From contig OZ024742.1 in the NCBI GenBank assembly GCA_964016885.1, positions 81,406,001 to 81,470,000 on the forward strand: a stretch of DNA of 64,000 nucleotides, given 5' to 3'. Shown here in pieces: positions 49,098-61,696 of the stretch. Each line of letters starts with the position of its first letter. Within the stretch, counting starts at the first letter, position 1. The DNA is from Eledone cirrhosa. Taxonomy: Eukaryota. Both the position numbers and the translations under genes were made by a program. The notes under the pieces were generated by a model. It saw only the letters and a list, made by a program, of their open reading frames with translations, was not told where the DNA came from and ran no database searches.

Positions 49098-52000
49098 CAG
49101 TCTCAGTCATTGATGTTAGTTAACTGGAAAGTTTGTTGAAATGAATATCAAGCCACTATCTGCAGCCTCAGATATTCAGGACGTATCGGAGGGTTCTTGC
49201 TGTTCCCAGCAAGCATGCTTTTTGAAGCGTTCCAAAAAGCGTGAAGGGGCTAATTTTCTTTAACCATCCCTGGAAACCTTTTGAGATAGTACCTAGTGCG
49301 CCTATGGCAATCGGGACCACTTTGACTTCATGGCAGTTCCAAATCCTTTTTACCTCCCACTTTAAGTCCTGGTATCGGTTAATTTTCTCCCTGTCCTTCT
49401 CTTGCACTCTCGTGTCGAATGGGCAGGCCACATCCACAATCAGGCACGATCTTTTTTCTTTGTCTACAACCACCAGGTCAGGTCTATAGTGTTCCAGTTT
49501 CTTGTCCGTCTGTATCCTAAAATCCCACAGCACCTTCACCTGATCGTTTTCTATCACCGACTCTGGCTTATGCTCATACCACTTCTCAGAATGTGGTAAA
49601 TTGTTTACTTTGCAAAGGTGCCAGTGGATCACCCTGCCCATCACATCATGTCTCCAGCCCTTATAGTGAGTCTGGGCTAGGTGTTTACTCTCGGATACAA
49701 TGTGAGCCACAATCTCCTCTCTCTCTTCACAGATCCTGCACAGTGGGCTAGCCTCCTGCTTGTAAATATGGTGTTTCAACCACTTCGTTTTGAGAGCCTG
49801 CTCCTGCGCAGCCATTATCATTCCTTCTGTAGCCTTTTTAAGGTCTCCTCTTTTCAACCAGTTCCATGTCTGTGGATCTCTGAATTCAGTTTTGTCAAAG
49901 AAGGTACTATGAAGGGATTTTTCTTGAGGCTGCTCTTTCTCCTTGATGTTATTTCCTCCTTGGACATCCCCTGGCCTATTGTCCCCTCCTTCAGTACAGT
50001 TCTGAGCATTGGCTCCTTACTATCAGTCACGTATTTGTGTAGGTTGTTTTTCTCCATCTGAACACAGTCCTCTATGCTGATAAGACCTCGTCCACCATCA
50101 GATCTCCTTAAGTAGAGTCTATCGACATCACTCCTCTTGTGGAACATGTTGTAGATAGTCAATAGCTTCCTAGTCTTCCTATCCATTTCTTTTTGTTCAG
50201 CAACATTCCATCTCAGAATTCCCGCACTGTACCTAATAATAGACACAGCTCGGAATTTACTGCACTTATGGCATTCCTACTGTTCAGATGTGACTTTAAT
50301 ACGCTCCTTACTCTCCGAATGTATACAGTTCTTATCAATTCCTTCATTTTTTTCTTCTTGATGTCATCAGCCTCCAGAACACCCAAATACTTGTATCCTT
50401 CTTCAAAGTCAATTTCCTTTATCATCTCACCTGTTGGTACCTGGATTCCGTTACTTCTGCTCAATTTGCCCTCTTCATCACAAGGACTCCACACTTACTA
50501 ATACCAAATTGCATACATATATCATTGCTGAAAATACGGACAGTGTCAACAAGCACACCCAACTCCTTCTCACTCTTCCCGAAGAGCTTAAGATCGTCCA
50601 TTAAGAGGAGGTGATTGCTGGTAAGCTCTCCCTTTCCCAACATGTATCCTACTCTCACTTTTCTCAGTACACTGGTCAGGGGCATCAGGGCAAGGACACA
50701 CAACAGAGGGGACAGACTATCTCCCTGGAAGATACCTCACTTGATCTTCACGTTTCCCAAGGATTCTCCAGTTGATGTTAACTCTGTTTTCCAGGACTTC
50801 ATAATTTTGCCCAACAACTGTCTGATGTTATCTGCCACCTTGAAGATCTCCAGGCTTTTGGTGATCCAAGAAAGAGGCACCATGTCAAATGACTTTTTGT
50901 AGTCTATCCATCCCATGGCAAGACCAGTGTGTCTCCTCTTGCAATTTTTCATTACCACCTTATCAATAAGTGACTGGTCCTTTGTACCACGTGACTTCAT
51001 TCGGCATCCTTTCTGTTCGTCCGGTAACAAGTTGTTTGTGTGGGGGTGATGGTAGATTTCCTCAGACATAATGCTTGTCAACAGTTTCCACATTACGGAC
51101 AGATATGTGATAGGTCTATAGTTGGTAACATCATTACCCTTGATTCGGGCTTTCATTATCAGAACTGTGGTACCTTTTGTCAACCATCTGATACCTCACC
51201 TGACATCAAGCAGTCATTGAACATGGTTGTCAGTTTCGGGTGGCGGGATGTTATATTTTTAATCCAATACCCCTACACACCATCTGGGCCTGGTGATTTC
51301 CAGTTGGTTAGTTTTTTGGCCTGCCCCTTAAGAGATTCAACTGTGATACTCAAATCAGTTTGTTGGTGTGCCTGTTCACTAATCTCCTTCCGTACTGTCT
51401 CAATCCACACTGGCTGGTCATTATGTTTAACATCCTGCTCCCATATTCCTCTCCAGAATGTTTTAGTTTGTTCCGCCTCAGGGATCAAGTCGTTGCCTCT
51501 TTCTTTCCCTTCAAGCTGTCCAAACAGCATCTTCTGGTTGTTGTCTTACATGCGGTTCTGTCTATACTGACTGACTCTGCTATCGTATCGCCTGATTTTT
51601 GCACTCTTTGCTACAATGCGTTGCTTCAGTTCCTCTATGATAATATTTAGCTTTTTCCTCCTAGTTTTGTACTTTATTTCCAGTCTATTTTTAGTATCTA
51701 TGTTTTTTAGTGTCCCATTCAGTAGGGACTCAAGCTTTCCAATGTCATTTCTCATTTCCCTGATTTGACCACTCAGTCGTTTCTTCCACCAAGGCTCTGA
51801 TCTTTCTTGTTTGTTGTTTCCTCTCGCTTTTATACCAAGTAATTTTTTCACCGCATTTGCTGTTGCTTTGGGGATATTGTTGACTGGTGAAAGCTCCTCG
51901 CCTCAAGGTATGGGATGACTTTGTTTACCAAGCTGTTGTTTCTTTTAACTTTTTCCTGTCTACAAATCTTAGGTTCATAGGTTTCCCACTATCATTGTTC

Positions 52001-53790
52001 AATTCATCTACCACTAAGTTTAGGATATCAACCAAATCTTGTCCTAGCCCATCAGCATTCATCTCCTCAGTGGCCGTATCTCTGTATCAGGTATTATTTA
52101 TCTCAGCATTCAGATCATTGTCTGCTTCGGTTGGTTCCTCCGTTCTCTCGACCTTCTCACCTTCATTTCCCACTGGCTCCTTTGCCTGGCATACACCACT
52201 CTCCATTTCCAAGCTAATCTCTCTGCTCAGTTCCTCCAGTTCCAGCTCGCTTATCCACCGATTATTTCTTATTACCCGAGCCTGCCCGGCCAATTTTTGT
52301 TCATCTAATTTAAATAGACCAATCTCGTTTCAGATGTAATGCATCCGTTTCCTATAGCCTTTCTCCTTGGGGTTACTCTTCAGGTAACATTGCACAACAG
52401 TTCTATTCAATTCTTTCGTCCAGTTGGTTCTGGTCCCTTTCCTTCTTCTGCTTTCTCCGACACCAGCAGTATTTGGTTGACAGCCAGGTCCCTGTTGGGG
52501 AGCACCTGTTGGGTGAGAGTCTGTCACATGACATTCTAGTCTCCATTTGACCGTTATTCGAACTGTTTACGTTCGACATTTAAACACTCTTATCGATGAT
52601 TGGCGAATGTATGGTTACATAACCACCGGTGATTTCATCACTTCTGGTGATTTCGTCACTTCTGGTGATTTTTGTGTGGCCTTATCACGCTGTAGACGAA
52701 CATAAATTAACAAACAAACAAACAGACAAAAAAAAAACCAAAAATGAATAAGCACAAGTTTCATTGTAATGTAATGTTTGAATGTCTGACTTAGTTTTTC
52801 CATTCCCTTCTCTGTCCGTCTGTTTGTTTTTCTCTTCACTTTTCTTTTCTTTACGTTTTTCGTTGTTGCTGTGCTGCATTGATTTTGATTTTTGGCTTTT
52901 TGATTTTGACCGGGACATCAATTCAGTCTATTTATATATTTTGATGCCTTCCTCTTTTAGTGGGGACAGTACGATGTAGCAGGGGCTAGTGGGAGAGAAT
53001 AGCGGCGGTAGTGATAATGAGGCGGTGGTGGCGGTTCTGTGCTAGTAGTACCTAGCAGGAGGTAGTGAGAGAGAATAGCGGCGGTGGCGATAATGAGGCA
53101 GTGGTAGTGGTGATGTGATCGTAGTAATGTAGTGATGGTGTTGAAGTTGGAGTATGGTGTTGGTGGTGAAATTATCTTTAGCTATTTAGCTATTTAGTCA
53201 TTTTGACATTTTTGTCCTTTTCGATTCTAGCATTCCTGATCCAAAATTAAATATTAATATTGTTTAGTGATACCGCCACCTTCCCCTTTCGTAAGTTAAC
53301 AGAAGGTAATGGGGGAATAGCGGTGGTAGCAATGAAGGAGTGGTGGCGGCGTTGATGGGATAGTGGTAGTAATGATGGATGAGTGGTGGCGGCGGTGTCT
53401 GTAGTGATGGCGTTGTCGTTACTGAGTTTTGTTGAATAGACTGTATTTGTGCTTGATCGGTGAATCTATGCGGTTAGTCGCGTATATGTGTTGACATATT
53501 TTTCTTAATATTGGATTTAAACATTTTGTGAAAGCTTGAGACAATAATAATAGTAATTATAATTATTATGCTGGGATTGGTGGGGGTGGGGTGAAATTGC
53601 CGTTATCTGACTGTTGTATTTAGTGTACACAGAGGAGTGATGGGGTAGGTGGTGTATCTAGTTTGTGGTGTTGGTGAAATTGCTGTTATTTGGCTGTTTT
53701 ATATAGTGTAGACAGAGGGGGTTTTCTTCCATTTATAACCATTTTCTTTTTTGAATGTAAAATTTATATTACAAAATTGAATATTTGAGC
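49098..53790 (-). mobile_element. R4/Dong-type element, near full length, multiple frameshifts
   Basis: Colinear with 39452-43980, with ORF fragments from 49168 to 52527, and flanked by (TAA)n. Confidence 0.95.
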
Positions 53791-53791
53791 A

Positions 53792-53847
<56 letters not shown>

Positions 53848-53859
53848 AGTTGCATTTAT

Positions 53860-55045
53860 CTTGCTTTATGTTCATACGAGTTATCACCAAGTCACAACCA
53901 GTGACCTCAAGAGACAACAAGGTCTGCCATGTTCAAGAAAGAACATACATACTCACACATGCATCTTTAGTGTTTAGACTTGTGATGCACTTATATTGAC
54001 AGAATCTTCCTTAGTATATGGGCAGTTCCCAATAGGACTATCTTTTGTATTTCTCCTATACGCGGGTTTCCTGGGATTTGCGATAAGTAATCATTAGACC
54101 CATTAGGTATCATTCCCAGAGCGCCTACAACCACTGGTATTATTTTAGTTCTCAATTTCCACATTTTTCCAATTTCTATCTCCAGGTCCTTATACTTGCT
54201 CAATTTTTCAAATGTTTTTATATATACATTCTTGTCTATTGGAACGGACATATCAATTAGAAGGCATACCCTCTTTTTAAAGTCCTTCAATATTATATCC
54301 GGTCTATTTGCATCTATTTTTCGGTCTGTTTGGATGCTAAAGTTCGACAAGATTGAGATGTGATCTTTTTCAAGTATGGGAGGTGGTTGATGCTCCCACC
54401 AATTCTTTTGATGGGGCAGGTCAAAATGCTTACACATTATCCAATGTATGTATTGTGCAGCTCTGTCATGCCTGTTTAGGTATTCGGTTGGAGCTATAGG
54501 ACTGCACATTGAAATTATATGGTCAATGGTCTCTGGTTGTTTTTTGCATACACAGCATAATGGGCTGCATCCATTTTTTATTATGTTGGCTTAGTAATTT
54601 TTTGTTGGCAGACACTGATCTTGTGCTGATATAATCAGTCCTTCAGTCTCCGATTTCAGTCCAGAGGATGCCAACCACTGATGGGTTAAAGTTTTGTCAA
54701 CATCAGGATTGTTAGCTCGTTCTGGGTATTTTCCATACAGAGGCTTTTCTTGCCATTTCTTAGCCAGTTTCTGTAGCAGTTCTTTCTTTGCAGTTACTTT
54801 TACCTGCTTTGCTTTTTCTGTGTTTTCCATTTCAGCAGTAAATGGGACTTCTGAAATTTGTAGTCCATTACTGTATATTTGTGCATCTGTTGTAATGGAG
54901 TAAGATCTTTTGATGCTTTCGTGTTTCAAAACGAGTTTGATCATCCAATTATGTGATTCCCTTATATATGTAGATAATCCAATTGTTGCAGTTTTCAACC
55001 CAAATATCTAACTGGAATATTCCACGTCCTACTTCTTTCCTAGGG
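53860..55045 (-). mobile_element. Second, divergent R4/Dong-type family, 3' fragment
   Basis: WQEKPLYGKY, LKSETEGLIISAQDQ, EYLNRHD, ANRPDIILKD...LIDMSVP..EKLSKYKDL, PVVVGALG; flanked by (TAA)n. Confidence 0.92.
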
Positions 55046-55063
55046 AGATATATTCTATCTGTA

Positions 55064-55123
<60 letters not shown>

Positions 55124-55157
55124 TATTATTAATAATGATAATAATAATAATAATAAT

Positions 55158-56570
55158 GATTTCATTTATTAACCACAAGGGCCGACATGTAGGGGAAAAT
55201 ACGAAGACAGGGACAGTGGGGGTTTACAATAAAGTCGAGTAAAAGTGCACATTGGCAAGACTAATTTAACAATGAAAATATAAAAATATAAAATAAACTA
55301 TGCATAAATATAACAAAATAAATTCCCCGATAGGGGGTGTACGACCCTGGGGTGAATCGGGTACCCCACCAATCCTGAACCACCCAGCGCTTCTAGGGCA
55401 CCCAGGGAGAGCACCCCTCTCCTCAAGTTAGCTAGCCTATAGGCGCATGGTCAGAGTAGGCCCATTCACACGAGCCATTCTCGCTACATTCACCCACCTA
55501 TTAGCAAATGTACTGGGGGGCAGCACTTCTCTCTCCACCCTCACCTTCCTTTCCAGGTGAAACTTGAAGAAGTTTATGAGGGATTGGCCGAAGAGAAAAG
55601 TGTCTGTCTTCAGTCCTTTTAACCTGGTCCACCATATAACACCTTTCGCAACTGCCACGAGACATAGGAAAATGTCCTGCTCTTCCTGACCTAAAGAAGG
55701 CGATCGATCGATCTTCACTATGGACTCGGCCGATAGCCGGATTCGTTCCACACGCGACAGTAGCTGTTCGACATAACTCCACAAGTCAGTAATGCACGGA
55801 CATTCGACAAGTGCGTGCAGAACGGTTTCACGGTTTCGTCGTCCTGTGCGCATCTTGGGCAGGTCCGTCTGACAGCACTTCCGTTCCCGTAGAGTTTATC
55901 CCGAACCGGCAGTGCTCCCCGGTAGCACTGCCAAGCGAGGGATTTCTGGAAATTGTCCTTCGTCCCCGGCTCAAATGTCCTCCGGTACAGACTGGTCAGT
56001 TCGACTTCGTCGAGGCCCAAAGCTTCTCCGAGTGCGTCATCGCACTTGCCCACCACTAATCCTCTATAGAACTCGAGAGTGGAAGTTCCACTGATCGCAT
56101 TGCCCGCTTGGTAGAGGGAAGTGAGTGCCTGGCAACATTCCAGGTGCCAATCACCCAGTATCTGTCTCTTCTTGACCCAGGACTGCAGCACAGTCAAAGA
56201 AATGAGCTGCAGAAAGGCCCCTCTTATAAACGGCGACCACACCTGTTCACCGTTGAGGCAGAATATCTGGAGATGTCGCAGCCTCAACGCATGTCTGCGC
56301 ATCATTAGCCACGGCATGACCAGCCCTCCGCGTAGAGGGTGCTGGCAGCAGATGGACCGCCTCACCAACGGAACTTGTCCTCTCCACAAGAATTTGAAGA
56401 GGAGCGGTTCCAACTTGACGAGGCGCGGACGGGGGCAAGGCACGACGGTCAGTCGCTAGTAGATGACGGACGCGATGTACGCATTCGCCACCTCCGGGCG
56501 ACCTTTCAGTGATAGCTTGCTCCCAGCCCATTTTTGGTTGAGACTGGCTACTCTGCTTGTTACCTCGTCC
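55158..56570 (-). mobile_element. Tx1-type LINE, 3' fragment (subfamily B)
   Basis: FKFLWRG, GGL.MPWL, WQCYRGALPVRDKL, CPRC, IWWTR. It has its own 3' UTR ending CCCTTGTGGTTAATAAATGAAATC(ATT)n. Confidence 0.92.
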
Positions 56571-56571
56571 C

Positions 56572-56603
<32 letters not shown>

Positions 56604-56606
<3 letters not shown>

Positions 56607-57200
56607 TTTTTTTATTATCCACAAGGGCTGACATCAAGAAAAACATTACAGACGGCACAGGACGGTACAGGACGTTTGGTGTGACTTTTGTACGTGTAAA
56701 GATGTTTATTATTTATATAAGAAATGAAAAAGAAAAAGAAATAGAAACATATATATATAAACAATAAAAATAAAAATTCAAACAATGAAACATTCCCCAA
56801 TAGGGGGGAAACCCCCGAGGGTTACTCGTGGCGTAAACCACACAAAAGGCCACGGCCACCCTGATCACCAGGGCAAATGCACTCTCTCAATTTGTTCCCA
56901 TTCCTCAAACTACAAGCGTATATTCAGAGCGGTCCCGTTCACTCGGACCATTCTCGCTACGTTCACCCACCTTTCAACAAACTTGCTAGAGGACAGCACT
57001 TGCCTCGCCACCCTGATTTTCCTCTTCAAGTGAAACTTGAAAAAGTTAATCAGGTATTCGCCGAAGAGGAAAGTCTCTGTCGTGAACCCTTTCAACCTTG
57101 TCCACCACACAATCTCTTTCGCCATGGCCGCCAGGCAGATGAAAACCGCCTGCCCTTCCTCCTCGAAGGAAGACGGTGAGACCATCTGCACAATGGACTC
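56604..57200 (-). mobile_element. Tx1-type LINE, 3' fragment (duplicate of 30022-30655)
   Basis: ORF 56910-57191 AKEIVWWTRLKG...FVERWVNVARM, with the same 5' truncation point as the 30022 copy. Confidence 0.92.
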
Positions 57201-57608
57201 AGTGGTACTATTATCATGTTTCCTCCTATTGTTTTGTAATGTCTCTGTGCATGCGTTTACGTGGGTGTATAATGTCTATTGCGTGTGTGTTCGCATTAGA
57301 GTGTGTGTGTTTGGTTTTTGTATTCTATCTTTGTTTACTAGTGTGTGTTTATATGTGCTTGTTGTTATTGTACTTGTCTATATATTTATTCATTTATATA
57401 TATTTCCCTTATTTCAGTAATGTTTGTTTGGGTATGGTTGTTGTTGTTATTCCATTCGTTTTTCTGTTTAACTTTGGTTTTCTAAGCTCTATTTGACTTG
57501 TTTCTCTGACTTTAATTTCTATGTTGTCTATATTACATTTATGTCTTTGTCTGGCGTGTTCGCATAGTACTGAACCGTTTTTCTCCTTTTAAGAGACGGC
57601 GACTAAAA

Positions 57609-57659
<51 letters not shown>

Positions 57660-57940
57660 AATAGAAATGGCGTAAACATTACAATACAATAGGAGGTAAC
57701 ATGATAATAGTACCACTGATGATGTTGTAGATGTGTAACGAAAGAACTCTGTTAGACTATATATACATATTATATCTCTATTTTTAACCTTTGGTCGGTC
57801 AATGATAAACGTCGATTGCCAAATAAATTAACTATGGAGATATAAAAGATACAGAAGCGAAAACCAACCAAACAGTGAGTGTGTTCTGGTATTATTTCTG
57901 GCAATATTATTACAACAATATGACCCTCCCCAAGTATAAT

Positions 57941-57998
<58 letters not shown>

Positions 57999-58232
57999 CG
58001 AAGGAAATGTGGTAGGGAACCAGGTGGACCATAACGCACCAAAGTACTCAATACTTAGGGTAGTAGAGTGGGTAATAGGAACGATGCAAATATATATATG
58101 TTACGGTTACTACCTCGTGCAAATATATATATTTTACGGTTACTACCTCGCGCAGGCATTTCCCTTATATTTACATGTGCGAAAGGTAGTTTACTTTAGT
58201 TTTCTCTAGTAGTGCAGACAATATCGGCCTTC

Positions 58233-58312
58233 CACATGCTGATGACCCACAGGGCCCAATTGGAACCCACTTAAATGGCGAAACATTCTCCTGGTGTGTT
58301 TGTACATATGTG
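58233..58312 (+). ncRNA. Type I hammerhead motif, family 2 (paralog of 28636-28705)
   Basis: CACATG-CTGATGA-CCCACAGGGCC...AAATGGC-GAAAC-ATTCTCCTGGTGTGTTT-GTA-CATATG. Confidence 0.65.
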
Positions 58313-58552
58313 ACTTACATATGAGGTTGGTTTCTCATTTTAATTGATACTTTTAATTTGAATGTGTTTCCTATGCCTCTATTAGCTTATATTCTTTTCA
58401 CGCCGTTGGTTTGAAATTCCTGTAAAGAAAAACACACTCGTCTGGTCTTTCCCCTCTATATAGTGTATTTTAAAGTGCCCAGGAAAACTCTTTCCTTTGA
58501 GCTCAGTTAATTACAGGATTATATGCGAGGCCGTTACTCCGTTATTTTACTT

Positions 58553-58587
<35 letters not shown>

Positions 58588-59036
58588 GCGCGTATGTGTG
58601 CGCGCGTGTGTGTGTGTGATTGTGTCTATTACAATGTCAAGCTTTGATGTCTCTGAACGCCAGTAACCTACCTATTTATATATATTTTTTCTAGTATGTT
58701 ATTTATCGCTTTTCGGTGAATATACATTATTGCAGCGAATGGTTTCAGTGTTTAAGTTTAGACCACTCTCATCGATTTAATGAACTGTGCTGTTATATAA
58801 GTGAAACGTCCCCTCTCACAAGAGTTGGGGAAGCATTTCGACGGAAGCAATAGACTAAAAAATGCATATCTAATAAATAGTTAAAAACACTGTCTCATGC
58901 CATCGAAACATATATTTGTCGCTATCTACGTTGCAACGAATTTCTACTAATCGCAGAAAATAAAGTTGGCAGGTGTGCGATGACAACTGATAGGGTAACA
59001 CAATTCATAATAGTAATCTATCGTTTTTATTTGTAT

Positions 59037-59145
59037 AAAATATGGCCCTAGTATATACTTTATATTTATTTTAAAATATGGCCCTAGTATATACTTTATA
59101 TTTATTTTAAAATATGGCCCTAGTATATACTTTATATTTATTTTA
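59037..59145. repeat. 3 x 36-bp perfect tandem repeat
   Basis: TATGGCCCTAGTATATACTTTATATTTATTTTA at 59041, 59077 and 59113. Confidence 0.95.
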
Positions 59146-61656
59146 GAAATAAATAGAGAAAGTGTACACTGTTATTATATGTGTTTCTTCGTAATCGGTG
59201 CATTCTATGGCTAACACTTTCTCTTGAATGTAATTCGGTGTTTACGAAAGAGTTGAATGTGAAATGTGAACTTGATGCAACAATCACACAAAGAACATAA
59301 ACTTCGATCGCGTGTATGTCGTCTTATCCTATAGTTTTAATGGAACAAAAAACGTCAGTTTTAAGTATATGATATGCCATTAAGAACAAATTCTACTTTG
59401 TTGAAATGGCCATAATTCATTTAAATTGAATACATGAATGTATCTGAATGTTGAAATACACAGCATATCCTGTAGTCAAATTTACTATCATATTTATGTA
59501 TAACTTTATTTGCGTACATGTGCGTGCGCACTATACAAATATTCAGTCCAAATTCTAATTCATTTAAATCATCAGCAATTTGCCACGTCACTTAAATTTG
59601 GTATTCAAACATTGCAAGTATTTCATCTAGTTTTATATTTTGTTGCATGTTTATCTATTAAATGTTCACTCGTTTACCACTTATTCTCATTAGATTAATA
59701 ATAAACAAATACATTGACACATAAACAAAATAGCCTCCCGAAATCATACTATAGAAACGCTGTACGATAGCTCTATAATGGATTCTTCTACAGTGTCTCC
59801 ATTATTTTTCTTCCCTGAGGCGTGTTGGTAATTCTTTAAAAATATATCTGATGTATACCGAACCTAAAAAATGAAAGTCAAATATAAAAGAGGTATATAA
59901 AAAAATTTCAAATGCGTAGACTACTGACACTTTAGCCAATTCTGAATTAAATTAAATTATCTTACTACTTGTGCATTTCACCCAGGGAAGAAAGCATCGT
60001 TCCGAATGACCAGCTCTTAAATATAGAACGTTGGCGATAAGCCAAGGTAATAAGAAAATAACGACTTCTGCAACACATTCATTCACCTAAACACGCTGTT
60101 CTTTGGAATAAATGAGGCATGAATAGCGAATACACTGATTTTGAAAGCATTTTCTCTTTTACTTTGTTCTCCTGCAGCTGAAAAGAAACTATCACTTGAT
60201 AGATTAAGTTTGATAGCTTCGTTTCATCTGACCTGCTTAATGCAGATGTTTATAGGAGCCAATATTTTATTATTGCTTCTGAAATGCACCCAAATTATGA
60301 CTATAAATCACCACAAAAAGTAATCCAGTGAAGTTATAAACAGATCTACAGTTTTGAAACATCGATGAATTTACAAACATATATTATCCTTTATTTTCGG
60401 CTATGTACGAACGAAATTACAAAGAAATGAAAATAACTACTACGCCACATCTTTTAAAAACGGTATGTATTCATTCCCATCATAGTATTAAAAATGTTAC
60501 ACTACTTGCATAGAAAGTGAAATATATTCTTATACGCACGTGTCTGGCGTCGTGCTTTTGAAATAAGCCCAATTTACTTCAACAAAGAAAAAATAGCAAT
60601 CTCTTTCATATACTCTACGTTTTCATTGTAAATATTCCGACGTACACAATACTTTGAAGACATCAACACAACTTCTGATGCACATGATAAAGCGTGTATG
60701 TCAGTTAACCCTCATGCGTCCAGAAAGAAAGATATTTAAGAAAATTACAACTTAAGTATTTATTTTTCAATATAACCATATAGACAAATATGTATGTATG
60801 AATATATATATTACAAGCATCTGGGTTTTGTCATTGATACGTGCAATCACGAATATTTATGATTAGTTTAGTAGTAAATTTTCATCGCATCCGCTTTATC
60901 TCTGCTACCCTACTTTCCGAAATCGATAAAGTAAAGACCTAGTCTAGCAATTGAATTGCTATAATGGTCTCCTCCGTTCCACAATGTGTTAGACTTATTC
61001 TTAAATTAGCAACCAGTGTAGGTCTTGGAGAAATTCAGCCAATAAATTTCATAATACTCACGAAATTTTACAGTATATATACAAAACAAAACTCTGCCTG
61101 TCTTCTGGAACTGGAAAGTACACGACCTGTTCATGTCTATTGTATCAAGCGATTAAGGTGAGTAACAGTAATTAATTGGTTATGTAAGTCATGAAGCCAA
61201 TACCATCATTGAATAGGTAATGGCATAGAACCATGAGTAGTACGAAGGAACTATATATATACAAATATACGCACATTCCCACATCCATACACCTATATAC
61301 ATTCACACATACACACATACATACATACATTCATACAAACAATCACACCACATAAATGGTCGCAAACTAATACGCATACGAAATTAACATCATACATACA
61401 CCATGGCACAGTTCACATAAGAATATGTACAGACACATACAGACACACACATAGATATGCATAGATACTCACATAAACTGACACATATGGATTGGCAATA
61501 TAACGATACACACACAGATAGATACTCACACAAACACGTACATGAAAACATGAACAAAGCAAATAAAAAGCACATGCACATATTATTGTATGAGCTATTG
61601 CCTTGTCATTTCCCTGTTTGATGAGAGAAGTAGGGTAGCCGTTTTCATTGAGAACT

Positions 61657-61694
<38 letters not shown>

Positions 61695-61696
<2 letters not shown>

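Larger units (their letters stand above)
56570..58550. repeat. Right arm of the inverted segmental duplication (partner 28380-30720)
   Basis: Reverse-complement colinearity with the left arm, apart from the TA-rich interval 57940-58090. Confidence 0.9.
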
